The position numbers were made by a program, and so were the translations under genes. The notes under the pieces were generated by a model. It did not search any database. It had not been told where the DNA came from and saw only the letters and a list, made by a program, of their open reading frames with translations. From Gemmatimonadales bacterium (lineage in GTDB: Bacteria > Gemmatimonadota > Gemmatimonadetes > Gemmatimonadales > Gemmatimonadaceae), in NCBI GenBank assembly GCA_038325515.1, contig JBBQJC010000011.1, positions 6,025-70,024 on the forward strand: a stretch of 64,000 bases of DNA. Direction: 5' to 3'. The number at the start of each line of letters is the position of its first letter. Within the stretch, counting starts at the first letter, position 1. Shown here piece by piece: positions 1 through 9,124 of this stretch.

Positions 1-54
1 TCGTCAGGCAAGCCGGTCGTCGCGTGAACCCCTGCCGGTTCCCGGAGCATTTCG

Positions 55-1581
55 TTGCTGACCCTGCTGCTCGCCGCCGCCAGCCTCCTCACTCCGCCCG
101 TCCACCCGGTCAGGCCGGCCAGCGATGGCCTGCCCGTCAAGGCGCCAGCGGCCGTGGGGATGTCCGCCGCCCGCCTCGCCACGATCGACCGCGTGATCGA
201 GCGCGGCATCTCGGCAGGCGGGTATCCGGGCGCCGCGGTCGTCGTCGGCCGGAAAGGGGCGACGGTGTGGGAGAAGGGGTTCGGCAAGCTGGGGTGGACG
301 AGCGACGCGGCGAACGTCGTCGCCGAACGCACCATCTATGATCTGGCGAGCCTCACGAAGGTCATCGGTACGACGACCGCCGTGATGATCCTGTTCGACG
401 AGGGGAAGATCCGCCTCGACGATCCGGTCGTGCGCTACATCCCCGAGTTCACCGGGGGGGGCAGGGAGCGCGTCACCATCCGGCTGCTGCTGGAGCACCG
501 TTCCGGGCTGCCCGCGGGCCGCGACCTCTGGCGCATCGCGCACACCCCGGACGAGGCACGCGCCGCGGTCATCGCCACCCCGCTGTTCGCCCCCCCCGGC
601 CAGTACTACGAGTACTCCGACCTCGGCGCCGACATGCTCGGCTTCGTCGTCGAGGCGGCGAGCGGCGAGAAGCTCGACCGCTTCCTCGCCGAGCGGGTGT
701 TCACGCCGCTGGGAATGGGGGACACGCGCTTCCGTCCCGACGCCTCGCTGCGCGGCCGCATCGCGCCCACCGAGATCGACCCGCCGCGCGGCTATCCCAT
801 CCGCGGCGAGGTGCACGACGAGAACGCCTACGCGCTGGGCGGCGTGGCGGGACATGCGGGGCTGTTCAGCACGGCGAGCGATCTCTCGATCTTCGCGCAG
901 ATGCTGCTCAACCACGGCACGTACAACGGCACGCGCATCGTCGCCGATTCCACCGTTTCGCTGTTCACCAAGCGGGCGGCGGGGACGCGGGCGCTGGGGT
1001 GGGACACCTGCGCCGGCCACGGCGGCTGCGGCACCTACATGGGGCCCAACGCCTACGGCCACACCGGCTTCACGGGCACCTCGCTCTGGATCGATCCGGA
1101 CCGCGACATGTTCGTCGTGCTGCTCACCAACCGTGTGCACGCCGCGAAGGCGCGCCGGCCGGCCAAGGTGATCAGCGACGTGCGCGCCGACCTGGCCGAC
1201 GCGGCGGCCCTCGCGGTCACCGATTACGGCAGCGGTCTGCTCTCCATGCCGAACTCCTTCCGCGCCGACCGCGCGGTGGGGTGGAACAAGCCGGAGCACG
1301 TGGCGCGGAGCAAGCGCGGCCGCTCGTCGCGCTCGTCGGCGAAGTCGTCGCGCGCGTCGAAGTCGTCGAGGAGCTCGCACTCCTCCAAGTCGAAGAGCTC
1401 GAAGTCGAAGAGCTCAGCGGCCAGGTCGAAGTCCGCGAAGGGGAGCTCGGCCAAGAGCTCGACACACAAGTCGGGCGCGACGAGCGCGGCGCGGTCGTCG
1501 GCCTCGAAGAGCACGGCGAAGAGCACGGCGAAGAGCACGGCGAAGAAGACGTCCAGCAAGGCCTCGCACAAGCGACGCTGA
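55..1581 (+). CDS. Serine hydrolase of the beta-lactamase/PBP (class C-like esterase) family with a ~90-aa Ser/Lys-rich C-terminal tail
   Basis: 508-aa ORF. SxxK nucleophile motif in 'YDLASLTKVIGTT', then 'YEYSDLG' and 'GHTGFTGTS' (KTG-box equivalent) in the expected order. Hydrophobic N-terminus. TTG at 55 is the first start after an in-frame TGA at 25..27, so the start is uncertain. Confidence 0.8.
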   Translation: MLTLLLAAASLLTPPVHPVRPASDGLPVKAPAAVGMSAARLATIDRVIERGISAGGYPGAAVVVGRKGATVWEKGFGKLGWTSDAANVVAERTIYDLASLTKVIGTTTAVMILFDEGKIRLDDPVVRYIPEFTGGGRERVTIRLLLEHRSGLPAGRDLWRIAHTPDEARAAVIATPLFAPPGQYYEYSDLGADMLGFVVEAASGEKLDRFLAERVFTPLGMGDTRFRPDASLRGRIAPTEIDPPRGYPIRGEVHDENAYALGGVAGHAGLFSTASDLSIFAQMLLNHGTYNGTRIVADSTVSLFTKRAAGTRALGWDTCAGHGGCGTYMGPNAYGHTGFTGTSLWIDPDRDMFVVLLTNRVHAAKARRPAKVISDVRADLADAAALAVTDYGSGLLSMPNSFRADRAVGWNKPEHVARSKRGRSSRSSAKSSRASKSSRSSHSSKSKSSKSKSSAARSKSAKGSSAKSSTHKSGATSAARSSASKSTAKSTAKSTAKKTSSKASHKRR

Positions 1582-1612
1582 TTGCGGTGAGGGCCCGGAC
1601 CGGTGATACTCC

Positions 1613-2050
1613 ATGTATCCCGTACCGAGTGCCGCACCGATGTCCGACGAACCCAACGACAGCTACGCCGCCGCCGAGCCGGCAGCCCCCTCCCCCTCCC
1701 CCGCCGCGGCGCCCGCTGCTGCTCCTCCAGGCAGCGCCGCCGCCTTCTCCGAGTTCAGCCTCGAGCGGGCGAAGCTCGCCCTGCGCAAGGTGAAGGACCC
1801 CGACCTGAACCTGAACATCGTCGACCTCGGCCTCGTCTACGACGTGCGCGTCGTGAACGGGAACGACGTCGAGGTCGACATGTCGCTCACCTCGCCCGGC
1901 TGCCCGAGCGGCCCGGAGATCATGGGCGACGCCGAGCAGATGCTGAAGTCGATTCCCGGCGTGGGAACGGTGACGGTGAACCTCGTCTGGAGCCCGTTCT
2001 GGACTCCCGACCGGATCGAGCCGCGGGTGCGCGCGTACATGGGGCTGTAG
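1613..2050 (+). CDS. DUF59 / SufT-like metal-sulfur cluster assembly factor with Pro/Ala-rich N-terminal extension
   Basis: 'LRKVKDPDLNLNIVDLGLVYDV' and 'MSLTSPGCPSGPEI' are the hallmark DUF59 segments. The start could also be the internal Met at 1640. Confidence 0.8.
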   Translation: MYPVPSAAPMSDEPNDSYAAAEPAAPSPSPAAAPAAAPPGSAAAFSEFSLERAKLALRKVKDPDLNLNIVDLGLVYDVRVVNGNDVEVDMSLTSPGCPSGPEIMGDAEQMLKSIPGVGTVTVNLVWSPFWTPDRIEPRVRAYMGL

Positions 2051-2143
2051 CGGTCCAGCCGCGCTCCTGGATCCGGGCACGCTGGACGCGGGACCGTCGC
2101 CCCTCCACATTGGGCGACCCAACCCGCCCCGTGGAGCGCTCCA

Positions 2144-3340
2144 ATGCAGCGTGCTCTCGCCCTGCTGCTGACCAGCCTCGCCCTCGTTCAGGGCGCCGGT
2201 GCGCAAGCGCCCTCGCGCCCCCTGCGCGTGCGCGTGCTCGATGAGGGTGCGCTGCCGGTGTCAGGTGCCGAGGTCGTGGTGCTCGAGGGGCTGCGGAAGA
2301 TCGTGGCGCAGGGCAGCACCGATGCGGCGGGAGGACGCACCCTGCTCCTCCCCGCGCCTGAGGACACGGGACGAGGTTTCGAGCTCACCGTGCGCAAGCT
2401 CGGCTTCGACCGCCTCACGCGATACGTGCGTCCCCGGATGGGAGATACCGTTTCGCTCATCGTGAAGCTCGCCCGGTCGGCGCAGTCGCTCGACACGGTG
2501 CGCGTGTCGGAGCGCGCCGACATCAGGAAGCGTCTCTATCACGTGAGCGCCGAGCAGATCGCCAACAGCGCGCGCTACCTCGGAGACGGCACCGACATCG
2601 TCGCGAAGCTGCGCCCCGACGTGCTCGGCGGCACCAGGGGGCCGCCGAAGCCGGCGCGCATGATATCGGTGACGGGAAGCCGCCCCGGGCGCCGCACGAA
2701 CTTCCCCGATCCCACGTCGCGGCCGGTCATGACCTCGAGCTACGGCACGCAGTGCACGGAGCCGATCGACGACATCTGGATCAACGGCAAGCGGGTGGTG
2801 TTCGCCCTGGACGACGCCACCTCGCTGGCGGCGCGCGATCCCAGCTCGATCCTGGGCAGGGTGTCGGGGAAGATCCTGAGCACGCTCGCCCTGATCCGCG
2901 CCGAGCACGTGTCGGAGCTCACCTACAAGGAGTGTGGCGACTTCTCGGTGGAGAAGGCCCGCGGCGACAATGCGCTCTTCGTCACGCTCAAGCCGGGAGT
3001 GCGGTTCGACCGCCGGCGTGGCACGTACGTCGTCCCATCCGACGACGACGACTCGCTCGTCGTGAGCTCCGCCGCCATGGCGTACCGGCGGCGCGTGCTC
3101 GAGATCGTCGACGCATCCACCGGGGAGCCGCTGCAGGGCGTGTCGGTGAACCGCATCGGGGGAGAGGAGACTGTGACGACCTCTCCGTCCGGGCGCACCG
3201 TGCTCTCCTTCCTCCCCGACGGCCGCTGGGTGCTGTGGATCGAGCGGACGGGCTACGAGCCCGTCCAGCTCGACATCACGATCGGGCCGGCGGAAGGGGG
3301 CTCCGTCACCGTGCCGCTCACGCGGAAGCCGGCGCAGTAG
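2144..3340 (+). CDS. Secreted protein with carboxypeptidase-regulatory-like (CarboxypepD_reg) domains at both ends
   Basis: Signal peptide 'MQRALALLLTSLALVQGAGAQA'. 'LRVRVLDEGALPVSGAEVVV' and 'LEIVDASTGEPLQGVSVN' resemble CarboxypepD_reg beta-sandwich starts. No catalytic motif seen. Confidence 0.55.
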   Translation: MQRALALLLTSLALVQGAGAQAPSRPLRVRVLDEGALPVSGAEVVVLEGLRKIVAQGSTDAAGGRTLLLPAPEDTGRGFELTVRKLGFDRLTRYVRPRMGDTVSLIVKLARSAQSLDTVRVSERADIRKRLYHVSAEQIANSARYLGDGTDIVAKLRPDVLGGTRGPPKPARMISVTGSRPGRRTNFPDPTSRPVMTSSYGTQCTEPIDDIWINGKRVVFALDDATSLAARDPSSILGRVSGKILSTLALIRAEHVSELTYKECGDFSVEKARGDNALFVTLKPGVRFDRRRGTYVVPSDDDDSLVVSSAAMAYRRRVLEIVDASTGEPLQGVSVNRIGGEETVTTSPSGRTVLSFLPDGRWVLWIERTGYEPVQLDITIGPAEGGSVTVPLTRKPAQ

Positions 3341-3365
3341 GGACGCGCGCCGGCATCTGGATGAG

Positions 3366-3779
3366 CTACGCCGGCACCGCTCCTGCCGGCCGCTTCACGA
3401 GCCGCGCCGCTCCCATCGCCAGCAGGCCGATCACCACACCGGAGAGGACGCCGATCACCGGGCCGGTAAGCAGCATCATGAGCCGGGGATGCGTCGGCAG
3501 GGGCATCGTGGTCATCGTCGCCATCTCGCGCCCGTGCCGCGCCGCGTACGAGGAGAAGAGGAAAACGTGGCAGGCAGTGACCCAGACACTGTTCGCGACG
3601 CCGGTGACGACGCCGTGCAGGAAGTGCGAGCCAGACGTTCGTGTCGCGATGTAGTACGCCGACACGAGCATGATGGCGAGCCAGAAGAAGGGCTCGACTG
3701 TAGACGGGATGACGAAGACAGTGGCGATCCCCATCACGAGCCCGAACAGCGACAGCTGAACGATCAGCTTCCAGTTCAT
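3366..3779 (-). CDS. Small integral membrane protein (4 predicted TM segments)
   Basis: The frame of ORF 3366..3887 was trimmed to the internal Met 'MNWKLIVQLSLFGLVMGIATVFVI'. The sequence is hydrophobic throughout. The upstream 36 codons are Arg-rich and non-membrane-like. Confidence 0.6.
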   Translation of the reverse strand: MNWKLIVQLSLFGLVMGIATVFVIPSTVEPFFWLAIMLVSAYYIATRTSGSHFLHGVVTGVANSVWVTACHVFLFSSYAARHGREMATMTTMPLPTHPRLMMLLTGPVIGVLSGVVIGLLAMGAARLVKRPAGAVPA

Positions 3780-4001
3780 GACAGCCTCCCTGGCGGTGGG
3801 ACGACGTCGGCGCTGCTGTAGTGGCGCCAGTGTACAACGGCCGTCGGGCCGGAGCAACAACGGCGTTCCCCACTCTTTGCACGCCATCCGGTTACCGCCG
3901 CGCGCGCCGGTAAGGTCGAGGCGACGCTGAGCTGCTCGGCGGTGCTGGGGTGCAGCCGTAGGGGAGGCGGTGCCGGACCGGCCACTGGCGCGAGTCGAGA
4001 G

Positions 4002-4036
4002 GATCCCGACAGGCGCTCGCGCGCCTGCGGGATGAC
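4002..4036 (-). repeat. REP-like palindromic element (family member 1)
   Basis: 'gatcccgacaggcgctcgcgcgcctgcgggatgac'. Its reverse complement matches the GTCATCCCGC...GTCGGGATC elements at 45514 and 57034. The internal ~13-bp stem is atcccgcaggcgc / gcgcctgtcgggat. Confidence 0.6.
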
Positions 4037-4049
4037 AACGTTACCGGCG

Positions 4050-4571
4050 CTATTCCACCCTGCTGATCGTCTCCGACAGCCGCGCCACGGGAATCCCCAG
4101 CACTCGCACCGTCGCGCGGTTGAGGGCGGTGCGGCCGTCGGGCTGAAGGTAGATCCACTGCTCCATCGTCACCGCTGGCCGCCGGACCGTGTACCGCACG
4201 TGGAAGCCATTCCCCTCGGCGCGAGCCGACACCGGTCCCGACGCGCCGGTGAGCGTGCCGGTGTACTCGTGCTCGTCCAGCGGACGCACGCGGAACGAGC
4301 GCGTCTCGACGGCCCCGTCGGCGTAGCGGATCGTCTGATCGAGCACGAAGGTGCCGTCGCTCTCCGTATGTCCTGCGCCGCTCACGGTGAAGGGACGATC
4401 GGCCTTGCCGCGCACGGCGAGGACTCCCTCACCGTGCGTGGCCCCGTCGAAGAAACGCTCGGGCCGGAACGCCGGCGCCGACGCCGGCGTCTCGGCCACG
4501 CGAAAGCCGCCGAGACAGCCGGAGAGGGCGAGCAGCGCAGGCAGTGCGAGCAGTGCGCGCGATGTGCGCAT
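4050..4571 (-). CDS. DUF3833-family lipoprotein
   Basis: Internal Met start 'MRTSRALLALPALLALSGC' with an LSGC lipobox. 'FFDGATHGEGVLAVRGK...TLTGASGPVSARAEGNGFHVRY...MEQWIYLQPDG...NRATV' follows the DUF3833 pattern. The start is 2 nt from the stop of the upstream gene. Confidence 0.7.
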   Translation of the reverse strand: MRTSRALLALPALLALSGCLGGFRVAETPASAPAFRPERFFDGATHGEGVLAVRGKADRPFTVSGAGHTESDGTFVLDQTIRYADGAVETRSFRVRPLDEHEYTGTLTGASGPVSARAEGNGFHVRYTVRRPAVTMEQWIYLQPDGRTALNRATVRVLGIPVARLSETISRVE

Positions 4572-4573
4572 CA

Positions 4574-6088
4574 CTACTTCAGCACGAAGCCGGGGTCGGC
4601 CGCCGGCCGCGTCGCCGCGTTGGCGGCGAGCCAGCCCGTCATGTACATCCAGCGCGTCATGCGCGTGAGCTTGGGGTAGTCTATCCGCGACGGCTCGTCG
4701 CGCGGCGTGTGGTAGTCGCCGTGGAGGTTCGTCGTGAAGAAGAGCGAGGGAACGCCACGCTCGGCGTACGGCACATGATCGCTGCGGAAATACCAGCCCT
4801 CGGGATGGGCCGGCCGGTCCCACGTGGAATCGATGACGAAGCGGCCGGTGGCGCGGTTCGCGGCCAGCGCCATCTGCACGAGCGCGCTGGAGTTGCGGTG
4901 CGGGGGCTGCGAGCCGAGCAGGGCGGCCGTATCGGGATTGTTGCGGCCGACCATGTCGCCATTGATCACCGCCGCGATGCTCGCCAGCGGCACGACCGGA
5001 TGCGCGACATGATAGCGCGACCCGAGCAGCCCGCGCTCTTCGGCACCGTGGAAGATGAACAGCGCCGAACGCCGGCCCGGCTGCTTCTTGAACGCGCGGG
5101 CGATGGCGAGGATCGCCGCGCTGGTCGACGCGTTGTCGTCGGCGCCATTCCAGATCGAGTCGCCATTCACGGTGTAGCGGACGCCGTCGTGGTCCTGGTG
5201 CGAGCTGAAGACGACGTACTCGTCGCGCAGCTTCGGGTCGGTGCCGCGGATCTCGCCGATCACGTTCACCGATGGGCTCTCGAAGCTCTCGGCGCGCAGC
5301 TTGATGTCCACGCTCTGGCCATTCGCGCGCCAGTCGCCGAGCGCGGCGCGGTGGACGAGCAGCACGGGGACGGGCGATGCCGGGGCCGCGGGGGGACGGG
5401 CCGGGTTGGCGGGAGCGCGCGTGAAGCGCGGCACGCCGCCGACCACGTCGTACGCGCCGCGCGACTGCGTCTTCACCACGCCGTCGAAGGCGGCGTCGGC
5501 GATGGAGTCGGCCACGAGCACGACGGCCAGCGCACCGCGACGGGTGAGCGCGCCGCCGATCTGACCGAGCGCGGCGCGCGTGTAGTTGTAGTCCGGGGTG
5601 TTGGTGGTGCTCCGAATCATCGCGGCCGGGGGCGCGGCGATCCGTGCGACGACGATCATGCCGCGCACGTTGCGCGTGCTGTCGAGGGGATCATCGAGGA
5701 AGACAGTCTGGCCGGCCACGTCCACCGCCGCGTTGCTCGCCGGCGCGATGTCGCTCCAGAGGGCCAGCGCCCGCCCGCCGAGATAGACGGAGCTGTTCGG
5801 AGTGGAGAGGCGCGTGCGGCGCATGTTCCACCACTGGTAGTAGCTGCCCATGTCGCCCTTGGGGGCCAGGCCGATGTGCCGCATCTCGTCGGCGATCCAG
5901 ACCGACGCACGCAGCTCGTCGAGGGTGCCGGCCTCGCGGCCGCGGAGCGCGTCGCCGGCCAGGGCGTAGAGATCGTGTTTGATGTCGGCCTCGCGGATGG
6001 CCGACATCGCCGCCGGAGGGCGCGGCGAGGACTGTGCGGCGAGCGGGGCCGCCGAGAGCACGAGGAGGGAGAGGAAGCGTCGGTTCAT
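4574..6088 (-). CDS. M28-family secreted aminopeptidase
   Basis: Start at 'MNRRFLSLLVLSAAPLAAQS' (signal peptide). 'FIFHGAEERGLLGSRYHVAHP' and 'NGDMVGR' are M28 metal-ligand regions. Confidence 0.8.
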   Translation of the reverse strand: MNRRFLSLLVLSAAPLAAQSSPRPPAAMSAIREADIKHDLYALAGDALRGREAGTLDELRASVWIADEMRHIGLAPKGDMGSYYQWWNMRRTRLSTPNSSVYLGGRALALWSDIAPASNAAVDVAGQTVFLDDPLDSTRNVRGMIVVARIAAPPAAMIRSTTNTPDYNYTRAALGQIGGALTRRGALAVVLVADSIADAAFDGVVKTQSRGAYDVVGGVPRFTRAPANPARPPAAPASPVPVLLVHRAALGDWRANGQSVDIKLRAESFESPSVNVIGEIRGTDPKLRDEYVVFSSHQDHDGVRYTVNGDSIWNGADDNASTSAAILAIARAFKKQPGRRSALFIFHGAEERGLLGSRYHVAHPVVPLASIAAVINGDMVGRNNPDTAALLGSQPPHRNSSALVQMALAANRATGRFVIDSTWDRPAHPEGWYFRSDHVPYAERGVPSLFFTTNLHGDYHTPRDEPSRIDYPKLTRMTRWMYMTGWLAANAATRPAADPGFVLK

Positions 6089-6126
6089 CGGGTTGGTGAT
6101 GGGATGGTGTGCTCTCGACGTGGATC

Positions 6127-6220
6127 GTGAGAGGTTCCAGGTGAGAGGTGAGAAGTCGGACCTCGGGACGCATTGGCTCCCCGAGGCCCCACCTCTCACT
6201 TCGTACCTCTCACTTCTCAC
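6127..6220. terminator. Nested long hairpin built from GTGAGAGGT/GTGAGAAGT 9-mers and their complements, downstream of the S51 peptidase gene
   Basis: Left arm 'gtgagaggtgagaagt' (6141..6156). Inner hairpin cctcggg/cccgagg. Right arm 'acctctcacttcgtacctctcacttctcac' (6191..6220). It lies directly after the stop at 6226 of a minus-strand gene. Confidence 0.5.
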
Positions 6221-6225
6221 GCCGT

Positions 6226-7056
6226 CTACCCTGCAGGGAGCAAGTCCGGCTCCAGCGTCTTCTCCACGACGGCGCCGTTCACGACGCTGACGTAGTAGAC
6301 CTTCGCCTCGCGCCGCGTGCTGACGACGCGCTTCACTGCGTCGTTCTCAAAATAGATGCCGGCGTCGTTGTCGCACGCGTAGCCGGGCTTCATCTGGCCC
6401 GACCCGATCAGCGTGTGGTACAGCGGCCGGCGTCCCGCCTCCGCGTCGTAGTGCGGGCTGTGGCTCCCCTGGAGGAAGCCGAGGCACTTCACGATGGAGA
6501 GCTCCTTCGGACGCGAGTCGGTGGTGCCCTCCTCGAACCAGCAGAGCGAGCCGGCGCTCGCCCCGCCGAGGACGATCCCCTTGTCCCATGCCTGGCGGAG
6601 CACGGTGTCGATCCCCTGCGCCTTCCAGATCGCCTGCTGGTTGAGGGTGTTTCCCCCCGAGGCGACGATCCCGTCCACCGCGAGGAGCACCTCGTCCCAG
6701 CCGCGCTTCTGCGACAGGCTCTCGATGAAGCTCGTCTGCACCTGCGGCTCGACGTCGAGGCGCGAGCACTCGTGGTAGAAGCGGATGATCCCTCCCTGGT
6801 CGTCGGCCGACGCCGTCGGCAGGTAGAGGATCTTCGGGCGCTGCTTGCCCGTGAGCTCGGCCATGTAGCGGATGAACGCTGCGTTGAAGCCTCCGCCGGC
6901 GATGAGGATCTTGCGCGTGGCGGAGGGTCTTGTGTCGGTCGGAAGCATGTGGGCGAACAGGTCGGGGTTCGTGACGTCGGCGGGAATGGGCAGCCGGGCG
7001 GCACCGAGCGCGACGGCGCTCATGGCCGAGGAGGCGAGGAAGTCTCTGCGCTTCAT
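6226..7056 (-). CDS. S51-family peptidase (peptidase E / cyanophycinase-like) with Tat signal
   Basis: 'MKRRDFLASSAMSAVALGAA' has a twin-arginine motif. 'VASGGNTLNQ' and 'LGGASAGSLCW' are S51 signature regions. An alternative start lies at 7074. Confidence 0.75.
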   Translation of the reverse strand: MKRRDFLASSAMSAVALGAARLPIPADVTNPDLFAHMLPTDTRPSATRKILIAGGGFNAAFIRYMAELTGKQRPKILYLPTASADDQGGIIRFYHECSRLDVEPQVQTSFIESLSQKRGWDEVLLAVDGIVASGGNTLNQQAIWKAQGIDTVLRQAWDKGIVLGGASAGSLCWFEEGTTDSRPKELSIVKCLGFLQGSHSPHYDAEAGRRPLYHTLIGSGQMKPGYACDNDAGIYFENDAVKRVVSTRREAKVYYVSVVNGAVVEKTLEPDLLPAG

Positions 7057-7198
7057 GGGGTGGGCTCGACGCATCGGGTGAACGAGAGGTGCCGGCAGGG
7101 GCATCTCCGCGGCCCGACATTCGCGTCGGGACCGGCTTTTCGCCATCATGCAGCCACGAAATCTGGACCGAACATCCGCGAAAGAGGAGTACCGAACG

Positions 7199-9124
7199 AT
7201 GTTGAGCCATCTGCCTGCCTGGGCCGGGTCCGCCGCCGCGAGAAGCTGGCTGCTCGCTCTCGTCAGCGTCCCCCTGCTCGCCCAATCGGCGCCGGAGCGG
7301 CTGTACATGCCGCGCAACGTGGCCCAGGCATACCGCAAGGGGACGAGGAGCCCGGACGGACGGCCCGGCGCGAAGTACTGGCAGAACCGGGCGCGCTACT
7401 CCATCACGGTCATGACGCAGCCCCCCGACCGGACCGTGCGCGGTACCGAGCAGATCACCTATCTCAACAACAGCCCGGACAGTCTCCGGCGGATCGTGAT
7501 CAAGCTCTTCGGCAACATCCACAAGGCCGGCGCGCCGCGCAACGAGGCCGCCGGTGATGCCTACCTCACTTCTGGGGTGCACATCGATGCCTTTGCGGTG
7601 AACGGGCAGCCCGTACCGTGGAAGGAGAGCGCTGGCTTGTTCACCTGGATGCCGGTCACCCTCCCCAGCGCCGTGCTGCCGCGCGATTCGGTGAAGCTCT
7701 CCTTCGACTGGCACTACGACGTCTCGCGGGAGAGCAACCGCGAGGGAGCGATCGACTCGACGACCTTCTTCCTGGCGTACTTCTACCCGCGCGTCGCCGT
7801 GTACGACGACACGAATGGGTGGGACACCATGGATTTCACCGACCAGCAGGAATTCTACAGCGACTTCAACGACTACGACGTGACGGTCAAGGCGCCGGCC
7901 AACTTCGTGGTGTGGGGCACCGGCACGCTGCTGAATCCCTCCGCCGTGCTGCAGCCCGAGCCGCTGCGCCGGTTCCAGGCCTCGCTGGCGTCCGACAGCA
8001 CGATCCACGTGGCGACGCGGGCCGAGCTCGCCGGCCGGAGCGTCACCGTGCAGGCGCCGCTCAACGCGTGGCACTTCCGGTCCAGCGACATACCCGACGT
8101 GGCCTTCGCCGTGAGCGACCACTACGTCTGGGACGCGGCGAGCGTGGTCGTCGACGACGCGACACGGCGCCGAGCGAGCGTGCAGGCGGCGTTCAACGAC
8201 AGCGCGGCCGACTACCACCACATGGTGGAGTTCGGCCGGCACGCCCTCGACTGGCTCTCGCATCAGTGGCCCGGCGTCCCCTACCCGTACGAGAAGACGA
8301 CAGTCGTGCAGGGGCCGGCGGGGATGGAATACCCGATGATGGCGAACGACGAATCGTACCCCGATCCCGCCTTCGCGCGCTTCGTCGCCGAGCACGAGAT
8401 CGCCCACACCTACATGCCTTTCTACATGGGGATCGACGAGTCGCGCTACGCCTTCATGGACGAGGGGTGGGCGACGACCTTCGAGTATCTCATCGGGCAG
8501 AGCGACCTCGGCAGGGCGAAAGCCGACGCGGCGTTCAAGCAGTTCCGTGTGCAGCGCTGGATCGGCGATCCGTCGCCGGGCCAGGACCTGCCGATCATCA
8601 CCCCGGCGGACTTCCTGAAGGGGAGCGCCTACGGGAACAGCGCCTACGGCAAGGCGGCGCTGGGCTATCTCGCGGCAAAGGAGCTGCTCGGCGATGCGCT
8701 CTTCCGGAAGGGGCTGCACGAGTACATGGCGCGGTGGCACGGCAGGCATCCTCTGCCCTGGGACTTCTTCAACACCTTCAACGACGCGACGGGCCGGAAC
8801 CTCGACTGGTTCTGGAAGAGCTGGTACTTCCAGAACGGCTACATCGATGTCGGGGTGGCGTCGGTGAAGCGGTCGGGCGCCGGCTACTCGGTGACGCTCG
8901 ACAACGTGGGCGGGATGCCCGCCCCCGTGGATCTCGTGGTGCGCTACGCGGGAGGGAGCGCCGACACGCTGCACCAGACGCCGGCGATCTGGGCGGCGAA
9001 CCAGAAGCGCGCGACGGTGTCGGTGAAGACGCGCAAGACCGTGCAGTCGGTGGAGCTGGACGGCGGGATCTGGATGGACGCGGACAGCACGAACGACAAG
9101 CTTCGAGTGCAGGGTCCGAAGTGA
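7199..9124 (+). CDS. M1-family (gluzincin) metallopeptidase, secreted
   Basis: 'FVAEHEIAHTYMPFYMG...AFMDEGWATTFEY' gives HExxH plus the downstream Glu. Signal-like 'MLSHLPAWAGSAAARSWLLALVSVPLLAQS' was chosen as the start. Confidence 0.8.
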   Translation: MLSHLPAWAGSAAARSWLLALVSVPLLAQSAPERLYMPRNVAQAYRKGTRSPDGRPGAKYWQNRARYSITVMTQPPDRTVRGTEQITYLNNSPDSLRRIVIKLFGNIHKAGAPRNEAAGDAYLTSGVHIDAFAVNGQPVPWKESAGLFTWMPVTLPSAVLPRDSVKLSFDWHYDVSRESNREGAIDSTTFFLAYFYPRVAVYDDTNGWDTMDFTDQQEFYSDFNDYDVTVKAPANFVVWGTGTLLNPSAVLQPEPLRRFQASLASDSTIHVATRAELAGRSVTVQAPLNAWHFRSSDIPDVAFAVSDHYVWDAASVVVDDATRRRASVQAAFNDSAADYHHMVEFGRHALDWLSHQWPGVPYPYEKTTVVQGPAGMEYPMMANDESYPDPAFARFVAEHEIAHTYMPFYMGIDESRYAFMDEGWATTFEYLIGQSDLGRAKADAAFKQFRVQRWIGDPSPGQDLPIITPADFLKGSAYGNSAYGKAALGYLAAKELLGDALFRKGLHEYMARWHGRHPLPWDFFNTFNDATGRNLDWFWKSWYFQNGYIDVGVASVKRSGAGYSVTLDNVGGMPAPVDLVVRYAGGSADTLHQTPAIWAANQKRATVSVKTRKTVQSVELDGGIWMDADSTNDKLRVQGPK

